64,000 nt of DNA from Octopus vulgaris (lineage: Eukaryota): contig OX597831.1 of the NCBI GenBank assembly GCA_951406725.2, forward strand, positions 13,950,001-14,014,000, written 5' to 3'. How positions within the stretch are numbered: the first letter of the stretch is position 1; each line of letters starts with the position of its first letter. This document shows positions 24,899 through 39,911 of the stretch, one piece after another. Below the pieces are notes generated by a model. That model ran no database searches and was not told where the DNA came from. It saw nothing but the letters and a program-made list of their open reading frames with translations. Both the position numbers and the translations under genes were made by a program.

Positions 24899-25659
24899 GT
24901 ATATATACATATGTGTGTGCATTAGCTTACGCGCGTGTTTTTCGGTTGTGTGTATGTGTACATAGCACACATATTCCAAGCCTTTTAAGCTTTATATTTA
25001 AACAAGTTTTTGCAGAATGAATTCTTGCTTGAGTGTAAAAGTCTCTGCTTTAATTTAATACTGTTTTAATCGCCTTCACCACAATCTCACCGTTTGGCTT
25101 TTACCCGCCGATACCAGTGAGACAATTATTCATGATTGCTTATATATCGAGAAAAGAAATTCGTTCGAGAAGGCTGCACGTTCATGACAAGCCTCGTGAA
25201 GGGCGAAATATATCTAATATTCTCATGACTTACTGCTGGGATGACGTTCTTTTAGCTTAGAAACATATTGCCTTTTAAACACTCATCCAATTCTACAGAC
25301 TCATGTTTTCGAACGATATGTATAAGTTGTATAAATTTTGTATGATACACATATGTCAAGTTGCAGATTAAATTTTCATCATTATGACCCCTTATATTTC
25401 TCGATCTTATTCATCATTCTCTATTTTTATTCTTCTACTTATTTCAGTCAATGGACTTCAGATATGTCTTGGGATGTATGGCCTGGGAGGGAGGAATATG
25501 CCGAGTAAGTAGATAATAACACAATCTATTTAAATATGGTTTTGTTTATCAAACATTAATTTTTGAAAATTCAACATTTTCTATGGAGTGTCGACCGAAA
25601 TATGCACGACAAAAGACGCAGAAGCACACATACCCACACATACACACACATGCATACCC

Positions 25660-25728
<69 letters not shown>

Positions 25729-26028
25729 AATATATATATATATACATATATATACATATATATTTATATACATATACATACATATATACATAAACATATA
25801 TATGTACACATACATACATGCATATATATTTATATATATATATATATATATATATTGGCGAGTGCTTATTATAGTTTCTTTATCACTGTAGTATTTATTA
25901 TTGGAACTTCTGCATGTTTTTTTTTAATTATTCAATGTAATACTTCTTATTGTTTGATGAGAATCTAATAAACTGCTTACAATATATGCAATGAATATGT
26001 ATATTACATACATAGTGTTCTATTTATA

Positions 26029-26131
<103 letters not shown>

Positions 26132-26132
26132 T

Positions 26133-26659
26133 TATCGTCTGACGTGTTGTCACATCTGATCCGAAGGTAATCGTTTATCTTGACCCTTTATAGCCCTCCT
26201 TTTTTTGAACATTTTTGTAAATAAGGTGTGTAAAGCACCCAACTTTCATTTGAGTGTTTTACCAAGGGAGGAATTCGCCCCTAGGGGCAGTTTCAAACCT
26301 AATTAAATTGTATATTTTTCTTCTCGACATTAATAATGACGAGAAATGTTATTGTCGAACGCTGGTCAAATTCCTTCATGGACCAGCATTTCCCTAACCT
26401 TGAAACGCTAGGAGAAAAAAAGAACTCCTGCACGAACACACATTCTAATAGAAGAGACATGACAAGTAAAAAATCGAAGAGAAACCTGAGTGACATGGAA
26501 GTGAACGCTGCAACCACTTCCGTTCACAGCCCTGTCACCACCACCACCACCACCAACAAGACTACCACTGCCAATACCACCACCACCGTTTTCCTAGCCT
26601 TGAGACGCTAGGAAGCTGCCACTGCCACTACCACCACTACCACCACCACCACCACTACT

Positions 26660-26691
<32 letters not shown>

Positions 26692-29030
26692 CAACGATAT
26701 CGTCGTTTTGCCGTCTACCATAACTGCCAACAACAACACCACTACTACAACCTCAACAACTACAAATGACACCTCTGCTACCAACACTACCACCAAAAAC
26801 AAATCAAATTTTGCACAAGCATTAAAACAAAAACAGACAATACTAAATTTCACAATAGATCAAAAGCCCTCTTAACTCAAGAAGGTTCACATCTATGCTT
26901 AAATATACCACAAAACATCATAGACGCCACCCAAGAGAAAACAATAATATACAAAGTCTTAAACGCAAAAACACGCAGACCAGAACAAGCGCAACCAGAA
27001 CTCATCAAAAAATGTTTACGCCCGATATGGGCATGTAAAAATTATATAAATTGGTAGAACAAATATGCCACAATACAGGTTCGCTTCGACAGCGAAGAAA
27101 GAGCGAAAGAACTTTCGTCGCTCACCTTACAGCGGGAAAAACTCATTTTAATTCCGACCTACCTTGGTCAACGCGTGATCAAAATTTCGATAAAAAATGT
27201 CCCTCCAGAAGTAGAATCACAATGGCTGTTGTCAGCCATTTGCTATAAAATGGTGGAGATTATAAATATCCTTGAATTTGCTGCCTTTGAGCAAAAGAAT
27301 TGGTCGGGGGAAAAGATTCAGTTATTGAGGCAAATAGATCAAAACCAAATCAATAACATCCCCCACCAAATTGAGCAGCCAGACGGCAATAACCTTTACG
27401 TGGTGGTAGAGGGTAGGAGGAACACCTAAGAAGTGATTGCCCAACAGCAAAAAACAACAAAAATCAGAACAAGAATAACAGCCACAACAAGGAAAAAGTG
27501 CAAAGAAAAAAGAACCACTACTACCCACACCACCATCAGCACAGAGGACAAGCAAGGGGATGTACGAAACCAAATACGCGAACACCAACAAATGAACATA
27601 CAACAGCATCTGAAAAAACACCAATAACAACAGCAAGAACTAAAGAAACAGTAAAACCAAAAGACAATACAAAAACTGATTCCCCTTCCCCCACATCACA
27701 CACACCACACACAAGCAGTCAACAACCAACATCAACGAAAAGAACAACACAACCAATTACGCAAACACACATTGAAACCTACAACAAGCCCCTACACACT
27801 TCCGATTCCTCAGAAATTTCGTCGGAAGACGAAAGTACTGAGGACTGACAAATAACCAGAAAAGGAAGGAGGAAAAGGAGCAAAAAAAGAACCAAACAAA
27901 ACAGGGATATATACAACTCCCGAAGACATCTCAAACCCTACCACAAACAATATCAACACCACAAAAATATATACAAAGAATATGCTCACAGCCATAGACA
28001 CCAAAAACACAGAGTTGTTAAAATACATCAACACAAACACAAACATTACAGAAAACGACATTAAAACGAACAACCACCCACACACAACACCACCAGAACA
28101 CATAAAAATTTACCACATATCACCAACATTGCACCACATACTAAGGTCCCTCTATCCCAATGCGGTAGGGGTATGTCATAAATATTTATACAAAAAAATG
28201 TACAATAGCCTCCTTGGTGAAAAATCAAAGGAGGAGACAAATCTTTCGAAAGGTAAGTAACTCTCTGTTCCTTTCGTTTGTCTTTTAAAGCACACAACTC
28301 AATAGGATCATGGTCAAGATTGGTACTGTGAATGCACGTGGCTTGGGGTCCCCTTGGAAACAAGGGTACCTTTTAAATGACATCACGTCACGTGATTTGG
28401 GAATCATAACAATAAGTGACACCAGACTCCATGAACCGCAGGCCCTAAAGTCCATGTCTGGCGGACAGTTTAACATTTATTTTTCTCCCTATCTGCCAAG
28501 GATGGGCGGTAGTGGCACGGCGGAACTTTTTCGCTAGAGTCTGGATCTCGAAGTAAAGACGATAGTTGTAGACCCGGGGGTAGACTGGTTGTCCTGGATG
28601 TCGACGGCAGCGATGGGTGCGCTTTCGACTCCTAGCAGTCTATGCACCGCCTTTAACAGGTCGGCCGGATTTCTTTCGACGTCTAGAAGTATTCCTGGGA
28701 ACGTCTCGTCCTTTACTTTTAGTGGGGGATTGGAATGCTACATTGGACGCGCATCTAGACTACGTGGGGAGAGGAAAAAGAGACGGGGATGCAAATGCCT
28801 CGGAGACCTGATCAGACGCTTTCACTTGTCTGACAGGTACCAACTCGACCACCCGAATATGCCAACGTGGACATGGAGCAACCGCATCGCGTCGTCGAGA
28901 TCAAATCTAGATAGGATACTATGCAGGACAGCAGATAGGGATAGCTTAGGATGTCCACAATTCCACATAGTCAGTTTCACACATCACAAACTTGTGACGT
29001 GTACGCTAGACTTAGATAAGGCACTTAGGG
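26133..29030 (+). mobile_element. Tx1-clade LINE, 5' portion (5'UTR, ORF1, APE endonuclease), 3'-truncated
   Basis: ORF1 fragments homologous to 9375-10550; ORF2 starts MVKIGTVNARGLG at 28310 and contains GDWNA; follows (TATC)n. Confidence 0.88.
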
Positions 29031-29800
29031 CTTAGTAAAATAAATTACTTTGCCACATACTGAACTTAGTAGAAATAGCAGCCCAAAAAATTTTTTTAGC
29101 CATTTCTACTACTTAAAGAAAATTTCTCTCAGATAATGTTTACTCCAGACAGCTCACGAAGGTTTGGAGGTAAATACAGAAAAATATCACAAGTACATAG
29201 ATCGTTTGAGTACGTCAACGTCTCAAGATTAGCCAAATAAAATCAGCATTTCTATCGTCAGCTCAAAATTTCTTAATTTGGATTTGGAAACACTAAAAAG
29301 AAGGAACTTTACCTATCGGCGAACTTGTCGCTTTAGATGAACCAGCTCCCACTGCCAGTGCCAACAAATTCAAAATGCGCAGGCGTAAATTTCTGCACTC
29401 CTTTTCCACCCACGTGGTCTATCTAGCAAACACTATATTTTAACCGCGAGAATCGAGGCAGTATGACAGAGAGAAATGAATTATAATATCAACAATTGAG
29501 GGTAAAATTAATTAATCAATTTCACCAACTGTTCAGTATGTAAAAGGACCATTTAAGGTGAATTCAAAATATTACATTATATAATTAGGACTTAGTAAAA
29601 TAAATTACTTTGCCACATACTGAACTTAGTAGAAATAGCGGCCAAAAACATTTTTTTAGCCATTTCTACTACTTAAAGAAAATTTCTCTCAGATAATGTT
29701 TACTCCAGACAGCTCACGAAGGTTTGGAGGTAAATACAGAAAAATATCACAAGTACATAGATCGTTTGAGTACGTCAACGTTTCAAGATTAGCCAAATTA
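29031..29800 (-). mobile_element. Repeat with ~207-bp direct repeats spaced 560 bp (possibly tandem Penelope terminal repeats)
   Basis: 29031-29237 matches 29591-29797; sits at the breakpoint that truncates both the Tx1 copy and gene B exon 3. Confidence 0.5.
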
Positions 29801-31233
29801 GCCAAAGTGCCCAGAAGCTGCCAGAAATTATACTTTTAGCAAGGAAAATTACTGCATGTAAATATCTTTTTATTCCAACTATTATTTTTCATTTAAATTA
29901 GCATTGCATCATAATCTCTTAAAAACTAAAATTTATTTATTGAGCATACCGCTAGAAGTTGTTTGTCAGAGTGTGAGAGAATTTAAATATTACACCCACG
30001 ATCAGACGTCATAAAACAAAAAATTCAAATTATACCACGAAAAGACTTGCCCACAAACATCAAACATATAACACTATACATTTAAAAATGGCACACATTT
30101 TATCAACTTCAGTATGATTTCTTCTCTGTCGCAAGAATTAATACGAAATATTGCCAGATATATCCAGTATAATTTTATAAAATAATATCGACCGAATTCT
30201 GTTTGTCTTGCAGACGTATATTAAGGTTTGTGGCATGTGCTAAGAAGATTGAAGATCTGAAGTGCATTAAGCTGCTGGACGGTTATTACAAGTTCATGAA
30301 GTTCTGTCCTTGTAAGAGATTTATATTTCTTTGTAATGTATGGTAAGAAATCGCGAAGAAGTGCGCTAAATTAGGGATGATGTAAACTGAATTACCACAA
30401 AATTGAAATTTCCTTTTAGTTCATAATGAAAAGGTTAAAATATTAGATATTTTCGATATAATTGATACTTAAACAAACGATGGAGCATCAAAGATCTGAT
30501 TAGTCTATTGTGTTTTGCCTGCTCCTATTTTTTTTTTAATAAATTGTTTGGGTTAAATGTAGATACAAAGAAAGATTCAGGTTGATATAAAACGTGAAGT
30601 ACCATTATATGAGAATTTATCAGGTTTGCAGGAATGCAAACATAGAATGGGAAAATAACTTCCACCAACCCCTGGAATCTTTCTGTTTTCACTTCTCGCT
30701 AAACAGCTCGCTAAGGTTTAATTCATTTCTGAAGTATCAAATCAAAAATTAATTTTACATAACTTATATCAATTCCAGTATAAGAAATAGAAGTTCATAT
30801 GATGTTTCGCTTTATTCTACCACATTAAGAAGCACGTTATTAGATATAAAATACTTATTTGCCTGATGGAGGAATTGAATATTAAATCAAAAGTATATAT
30901 TGATGTATATATAGAATATTTATGAAAATGCATTTGTATTTTTTATTGGTACTTCATTTTCACAACGTTTTCAGTTGAATATTATTAGTACAGTCTAGAC
31001 GTACCCTAGTCTAAATGATAGTTGACAGTTAGACTGGGTTAAGAAACGTAATAATATCTTTAATATATACCAACAGGATACTATTACTGAGATATCTGTA
31101 ATATCTGATTTCCACAAAATGTATCATAGATATTTGTTATTAAATGTAATGTAGTTTCTACACTCCTGGCGTAAACGAGTTATACATACATACATACATA
31201 CATACATAGAAGATCGTAATGATAGAAACAAAA

Positions 31234-31302
<69 letters not shown>

Positions 31303-31368
31303 CAGCAGCAGCTGCAGCAGTAGTAGTAGTAGTAGTCGTAGCAGCTGCAGCAGTAGTTTTAGTAGTAT

Positions 31369-31404
<36 letters not shown>

Positions 31405-31692
31405 GAGTAATGACAATACATACATACATACATACGTACGTATGTATGTATGTATGTATGTATGTATGTATGTATGTATGTATGTATGTATGTATGTATG
31501 AAAGTATGTATGTATGTATTTTGTATATATGTATATGTGTATGTATAGGCGCAGTAGTGGCTGTGTGGTAAGGAGCTTGCTTCCGAACCACATAATGCCG
31601 GGTTCAGTCCCACTGCATGGTATCTTAGGCGAGTGGCTTCTACTATAGCCTCGTGCTATAGATTTGGTAGACGGAAACTAAAAGAAGCCTAT

Positions 31693-31751
<59 letters not shown>

Positions 31752-31904
31752 CATTTTAAATAACAGACAAGTAGTTTCATTTCAACATTTTTTAATCTGA
31801 AGCAGTTTTAAAATTATTATTATGACGAATTGTTTCGTAACTTAAAAACATATAAATGATTTATATTATTGTATTTAATATAGTATTGTATTGCGCCTAA
31901 AGTG

Positions 31905-32716
31905 AGGCTAAACGTGTAAACAGCCAACCAAAAGGCAACGATTAAGAAAGAGATTCCATTAACGAAATAGGGGTAAGTTCCACTTTAAGTTTACAAAAGA
32001 GACCTCATGCACTTTAGACCCCTTAACAACAACGTTTCCTCAGGAAGGCACCTTCTCCTCTCCCTTCCACCCGACCTACAGGCGCACACGTAGAGAAGGC
32101 CCATTCAAACGGGCCATTCTTGTCACATTCATTCACCTTTCAGTGAACTTAATGGGCGACAGTACCTCCTTATCCAGCCTCACTTTCCTTTTGAAGTGGA
32201 ATCTGAAAACGTCAATGAGGCCTTGGCCAAAGAGGAAGTTTTTCACCATTTCTATCGAGTTCACCACTCAACTTCTTTTGCCATAGCCACCAGACAGAGA
32301 AAAATTTCTCCCCCATCCCGGCCAAAGGAGGGAGGCGGGGTGATCTTCGCAATGGACTGGGGTGATAGCCAGATCCATCCTACACGTGACAATAACTGTT
32401 CGACAAATTTCCATAAGTCAGCAATGGGCCGACAAACGTCAACCTCTTTGCTAACACCTTGGCCAAAATTTTGTAATCTGTATTTAGCAGAGTTATCGGC
32501 CTAAAGTTTTCAACAGTGTCCCCCCCTGTTCGGATTCTTTCTCAGTAACTTCACAACACCTCAGCTCACAGATCAGGGTATTCTCCCGTTCTGCTTCCTG
32601 TTGCGGTAGACGTCTACCAAAAGCTCCCCAAGCAAGTCTGGCATATGTATATAAAGCTCAAAGGACCGACCACCCAATCACGGAGAGATCTCCCTCGTGC
32701 AACTAGCGAACGTGTC
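31905..32716 (-). mobile_element. Degraded Tx1-like LINE, mirror of 1-412 plus RT fragments
   Basis: rc match to 1-350; RPITLLNTDYKILAKVLA on the minus strand near 32450-32502. Confidence 0.75.
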
Positions 32717-32902
32717 AAGTAAATATCTTCACTGGTATCACCCCCAAAATGGGGCTTTGGTTAACAAACTGCAGCCCCCAGGAATATAGGTGACTCGCAA
32801 AACGATTTGACCAATAGAGTACAGTATAGAACATTTTAAAACAAATGAATAAAACAGAAACATACAGCGCACTAAAAACCACACCTTTTGCTATGGCAGT
32901 AA

Positions 32903-32989
<87 letters not shown>

Positions 32990-32999
32990 TAATAATAAT

Positions 33000-34812
33000 A
33001 GACAATCAACAAGAAGAAAAAAAAAATATTGTGCAAATACATAACAGAAAAAGATTTACCTGAGGCAAAAGAAAAGCTAAAGCAAGACATCCTTGCCAAA
33101 GCACAAAGGATCCGCCGGCATGAGAGACGCCAACGTTTCTTTGAACAAAACAAACAGTTCAACTCCAACCCCCTAAAATTCAACAAAGGCTTGGCAAAAA
33201 TAAAATAGACATCTATGCAGCACCAACAGCAGAAGTGGAAGAATTTTGGAAAGAAATATGGTCGGCGAAGGAACAACCTCAGAAAAGGACTATCAAAACA
33301 ACGAACTTAGCAACTGAACAACTCTGGACCCCTCTAACAACTGAAGAGGTCACCTAGTAATATCGCAGAGATTGTTTCCAGAAGAGCAGAAGGGATGCTG
33401 CAAGGGCTCATATGGCTGTAAAGATCAATTAACAATCAATAAAGCCATAACTGAAGACAGCCAAGGAAAGAAGAAAGCCCTCAGTATGGCCTGGATCGAC
33501 TACAGAAAGGTGTTTGATAGTATTCCCCTCACGTGGATCCTCGAAACACCTGCCATGAACAAGGTAGCACCAATAATTATAAAAAGCATAGGACACTCTA
33601 TGAATAAATGGCAGACAGTGCTACAGCTTCAAACAAAAGAGAGACTCGTGAAAACCAAAGCCATACTCATTACAAGAGGAATATTCCAGAGAGACACACT
33701 CTCTCCACTCTTTTTCTGCTTCGCACTGACACCTTTATCTCACATGCTAAATAGAAGTGGATGCGGATACAAATGTTACGGCAAAACAATGAACCACTTT
33801 TTATATATGGATGACCTAAAAGTATACGCTGCAAATGACAAACAGCTGGAAACACTATTAAAGACAGTCCATGGATTTACCAAAGAAATAGATATGAAAT
33901 TTGGATTAGAAAAATGCGCCAAAGTAACCCTGAAATAGGAAAACTAGTTAAGAGTAGCAACATCACACTAGATAAAACCAATGAAATAAAAGAATTAGAT
34001 CAAAGCCAAACTTACAAATACTTAGGAATCCATGAACTAGATAAGACACAACACACACAAATGAAAGAGAAAATAAAGAAAGAATACTATAGACGAGTTA
34101 GACCTATACTGGAAAGAGAGCTCAACGCTAAAAACAAGATAACATGTATTAACACTTTAGCCGTCCTAGTTATAAGTTACAGCTACAATATCCTTAACTG
34201 GAAACTAAATGAACTAACCAAAATAGACAGGAAAACAAGAAAAATAATGACAGGATCTAGGATGCGGCACCGTAAATCTGACATAGAAAGGCTATATATA
34301 CAACGTATAGAAGGTGGTAGAGACCTTATACAGCTGGAAAGCTCTTATAAAATAATCACCACAGGACTTTAAAAATGCCTACTTGAGAAGTAAGGAAAAC
34401 TGATACAAATAGCCACAAAACACGAGCAAAACAAAAACTGTTTTCTTTATTTAAGGAAGCTGAAAAATACAAACAAGAAGTCATACTACCGAACAAATAT
34501 GAAAAAGAAGAAGTAGAAGAAAAAGAAGAAGAAGAAGAAGAAGAAGAAGAGGACGAGGAGGAGGAAGATGAGGGGGAGGAGTAGAAGAAGAAGAAGAAGA
34601 AGAAGAAGAAGAAGAAGAAGAAGAAGAAGAAGAAGAAGAAGAAGAAGAAGAAGAAGAAGAAGAAGAAGAAACAAAAGTTAAGTATAAAACATGAAATCCA
34701 AACAAAAACTAGAACAGCAACGGACCATGATAAAACGATGGCAAGAAAAGCCCCTTCATGGCAAATACTGGGCTATTCTAAATGCAAAAGAAATAGACAA
34801 AGAAAACTCCCA
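33000..34812 (+). mobile_element. R4/Dong-clade LINE remnant (RT), degraded
   Basis: EEQKGC, GCKDQL, AWIDYRKVFDS, GIFQRDTLSPL, HFLYMDDLK, YKYLG; follows (TAA)n. Confidence 0.85.
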
Positions 34813-35781
34813 GCACGCACACACACAGACATAAAGCCATTACTACAAATATATCACGCATTTTAGATTAACGACATTATAAGCAATTTCTTCAGTCATG
34901 TGATACAGTTTACTATATGCACACCTAATAAATTTAACGACAATTGATATATTACATGATATATTCGACTAGTACAGAAAATGTAATATTGCAGTGAAGT
35001 GGTTACATTAATTTCAGAAATACTATTGTCAACTTAACACCAACACTCAATACTTAATTATGTACAAGAAAACCTCTTTGGTTAATGTGAACTTAATTCC
35101 CTCCAATACAGATGTTGTAATAAGCATTCTTTTCTATTCTCATTACAGTTCATATTCCTGTCAATTCTGAAGTTCTGAATAAGAAGAGTAAACGAACCAA
35201 TACGTGTATACATAAATAAAAATATGATAAATATATTGGTGTTGTTTTGTAATTTTGGTTGTGGAAACACGAGAAAGGGATTTCTACTGAATATCTGAAT
35301 TTTGAGTCAAGTTAGACTTGGGGACGAGTTTGGTTGTGTGCGTCGGATGTCCGTGAGTCTTAACTGTGTAATTAAGTGTAAAGATTTAATGACACTTAAC
35401 AACAATGAAATGCTGACTGAACGAAAAACATAACAACAACAACAACGATAATAATCCTTTCTAAGGCGGTGAGCTGGTGGAAACGTTAGCAAGCTGGACG
35501 AAATGCGTAGCCGTATTTAATCTGCCGTTACGTTCTGAGTTCAAATTCCGTCGAGGTCGACTTTGCCTTTCATCCTTTCGGGGTCGATAAATTAAATACC
35601 AGTTGCGTACAGGGATCGATCTAATCAACTCACCCCCATCCCCAAAATTTCAGACCTTGTGCCGAGAGTAGAAAAGAATAATAATCGTTTTTAGTATGAG
35701 CCCAAGGCCTTAAATTTGTGGGAGGGGGATAGTCGATTAATGTAACTGGTACTTATTTGATCGACCCAGGAAGGATGAAAG

Positions 35782-37610
35782 TCAACAAAGAGAAATTTTT
35801 ACTACTTGGAATTTCTCATAAAATTGTACACAGAGCAAACTGACCGAACCGACCACTGGGAGAGTAAATACTGCAAATATTACAAACTTTATTATTTATG
35901 GTGACACCTCAATGAGCTCGTTCCGGGGGTCAGAATGAGAAAGGAAAATAGGCGGAGGAGCAGCAGGACGGAAATGGCGGGAGAAAAGAAGGGGCGATAT
36001 AGTACAACATCATTAAAAGGGAATAAGATAAACTACGGGTTGTAAATAAAATTAACATTCTTTTGAAGATTTGAAAAGGGTTTAAGGCAGACATCAAAAG
36101 GAATAAAAGAGATGACAAGGGGGCAGTATGCTCACACGCATATATACATGTATACACATTTATATACCCACACATACACATGCATAAATAAATACATGCA
36201 CATACATAGATATACATACATATATACACATATACATATATCGACACACATATATATATACATACCTGACACACACACATATATACACATATAGATACAC
36301 CCATGACACACACACATGCACACACGCACACTCACACACATATATTTATATACATAAGTACAAACATACATGCATACACGTACATATAAGTCGACATATT
36401 GATACATATCCATATACGCGTGCATGTACATGCACGCTTACGCACATACGCGCACACACACACATACACACAAATATACTTATACAAACATTTGCACCTA
36501 TATATCTATCCATTCGCACATATTTTACTATCACCCCCCAAAAAAACAAAATATATACCTGTGTCTATCGGTACACACATAAAGAGTGTCCGAATGCACC
36601 TACGATTACAGTGCTATCCAATATAAGAGTAATATAATTATATTAAACTATGTTAAAATATTTAGACATGGTAAAATTTTTAAGAGAATGGGGCGAGTAT
36701 AGGCGTGAGTTGCCAGAAATGCTCACGTAAGCTGAAATACTGCCTAATACCGTCAAATTACACTCGATGTAAGATTGCCAACATATAATCTAGGGAGCAG
36801 GGTCGCGGCCTTACAATATTGTCTAAGTTAACTTAAAGTTGATTACGTAATCTTACTTTGAAGACAAGAGATGTTCTGCCTATGTAGGTGAAGGTATTAG
36901 TATTGGTTTTTATGATACATATGTAAACGATATTCATTGTGAGACAACTGCATTCAAGAGGACATTTAGCTCGGTCTCGACAATTGCATTTCTTCGGAGT
37001 CGTATCATTACCATTTATGTCATATCTATTATCATTATTACTATTACCATAATCAGTTGGCGAGCTTGAAGAATCGTTAGCACACCGGGCAAAATGCTTA
37101 GAGGCATTTCGTCTGTCTTTGAGTTCTGAGTTCAAATTCCACCGAGGTCAACTTTGCCTTTCATTTTTCGGGGTCGATGAAATAAGTACAAATTACTCAC
37201 TGGAGTCGATGTAATTGACTTGCTCCCTCCCCCAAAGTTTCTGGCCTTGTGACTATGACAGAAAGAATTATCCTTATTAATGTAATTGTCTCCGTAGATC
37301 CTGTTGTTGTGGTTCGTCTTCTTCTTCTTCTTCTTCTTCTTCTTCTTCTTCTTCTTCTTCTTCTTCTTCTTCTTCTTCGTCTTCGTTTACTTCATTTTCT
37401 TCTTCATTTTATAATTACTCGATTTAAAGCTGTCACCGTTATTATTACCGCTGTTATTACTAACATCATTGTTCCTAATACTATTAGTTCTATTATTACC
37501 GCAGTTGTATAGCTCAAATTATCAATACCAATGTTAATCCATAACAACAAATTACATCAATTTCGTTCACATTATGGATGATATTAATATCGGTTAGTGG
37601 GTCACTATCC
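35782..37610. repeat. Third partial copy of the upstream flank, inverted relative to ~21560-22832
   Basis: 35782-36062 matches rc 22555-22832; 36824-37590 matches rc 21570-22552. Confidence 0.85.
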
Positions 37611-38738
37611 GTAACATTTTTTCTCTTTCCCACCATCTATATAAGCACTATACTTGTCAGTTTCCTGACCTGCATTCACAATGTGGCTCTTATTCAGTTC
37701 CACCGCAATTGGTATCTAAATAAGGTCATGTGTTCATTAGCTGATAATCAAGTCCACCGCATTCGAACGGTAGCCCCTGATAGTAAGTGTATCCAAGCGT
37801 AGGTTAACGAAGTTGTTGTTACTTAGAGATCTGAACTATCGCGGCTTACTATTAATATTATTACTAACATCATTGCTGCTTTTAGTATTATTAGTATTAC
37901 AATTTAAGTTTGTCGTAGTTGTGTGAGTATTTTCGATCGAATTTATATTTATATTCTTATTTACTCATATTCGTTTATTAGTTCGAGCTAATGTCATATT
38001 CCGCTTGTATAATCTTACAGTTATAATCCCTAGATTAAGAACGGTTGAGTACAAAATTCTAAGTTTTCTTTTACAGAATATACGTTGGTATCGGCTAGAA
38101 AGAGAGAAGATTTTCTCTAAGATGTAGACATGTACAACAGTTTATTATAGATACTAGTAGCTACGGTGGTATTAAAATGAGAAGTATACCAGATTATGTC
38201 CTATTTACATAATCTCTGATGTGTCTGATCTCGTGTGTATTCTTTATATTAGGCAACTTGTATAATTTGTCCAATATAAAGAATAACCGTGTGACCAAAC
38301 AACACAATTGGAGTTGCCGTAACAGATTACGTCTCATTTTCCACAATGTCTTATTTTCCAATTTGGACTTGACTCAATATGGCTTTTAATCTTCAACTAG
38401 ACAAAAGTGACACACTTTAAAGACTATCGGGCAAAGTTTAAAAGAGACCATCATCTTACTTAATTCATACCAAGTAGAGTTATTTCGATTTCACAGAAAA
38501 CCAGTTCAAAAGCAGTTTCAAACATCATATACACTCATTCAAATTCCTAACTCGAATGAACTATTTCACTATATCTACAGAATGAAAGAAATAAAATTAG
38601 TTAAGTATTATTCAATTTTCGCAGAACACACCACGATCTTTTTTACTCAAAACGCAGAAATTCCAAAGACATACATTTGTAATGTTTTCACATTCAATCA
38701 AAACTACAAAACACCGACATATTTATTATAGTTTTATT

Positions 38739-38803
<65 letters not shown>

Positions 38804-39352
38804 CGTTTCACTATTTTTCTTATTCAAATCTTCAGAACTGATTGCTGACAGGAATATGAACTGTAATGTGAACAGAAAACAAGGCTTATTAAGATACCTG
38901 TATTGGGGAGAATTTGGTTAGCATTAACTAAAATGGTTTACCTGTACATAATCGACCCTACAAAATTTGGGGTTGAGTTCAAACGAGCCTTCACTATAAT
39001 TCCGTAACCTCATCACTCATTAGAAATATCAATTTTTTTCAATCTTTTAATCTCCATTAACTTTCTTGAACTTGGTTAAAATTGCACATTATTTTTAAAT
39101 ATTCATTGTGTTATATCCTTTATTTTCATATAAGTTTTATAGCATAATAATTGATAATTCTAATAATAATAAAATCTTTTAAACATTATTTACTCAAAAA
39201 CCTCTTCCTATTCACATTCCGTTCGGCTCTCTATATTACTCTTACTTATCCTCACCCACTCTTCGCTCTATGTTTGTTTACTTTCTCTCTCCTGCTTATT
39301 CTCCTCTCCTTTCTGTCCATCATCGCCTCTCTCCCCGGTCTCTCTCCCTCTC

Positions 39353-39384
<32 letters not shown>

Positions 39385-39440
39385 ACTCGGAATTTCGGGG
39401 CTACAAACCCCATGGTTCCGAGTTCGATTCCAGGCAGTGA

Positions 39441-39509
<69 letters not shown>

Positions 39510-39911
39510 CAACAGCAACATCGAAAAAGTACCTTAGGTCTGAGAACCCAGGTTCGAAATTTCCCCAAGACACCTGATGAAGGCTGAAGGGTATATCAGC
39601 CGAAACGTTGCATTAACAACAAACAAGATGAGGACAAATATCTGTCAAATGTAAATAATGTAAATAATTCCTCAGCTGTAGAAATGAGTTGCGACGTCAC
39701 GGGTGCCAAGCTGTATCGACCTTTGCCTTTCCCTTGGATAACACTGGTGGCGTGGAGAGGGGAGGCCGGTATGCATGGGCGACTGCTGGTCTTCCATAAA
39801 CCACCTTGCCCAGACTTGTGACTAGGAGGGTAACTTTCTAGGTGCAATCCCATGGTCAGTGTCGTGACCGAAGGGGGTCTCGGAATTCCTCATCTCTTAA
39901 ATATAGAACTG
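39385..39911 (+). mobile_element. SINE-like element with tRNA-type B box, (AAT)n and hammerhead-like tail, carrying a nested insertion
   Basis: GAGTTCGATTCC near 39420; acac-CTGATGA-a-ggctg..cagcc-GAAACGTT at 39570-39609; insert 39675-39883 flanked by 9-bp TSD aattcctca. Confidence 0.6.
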
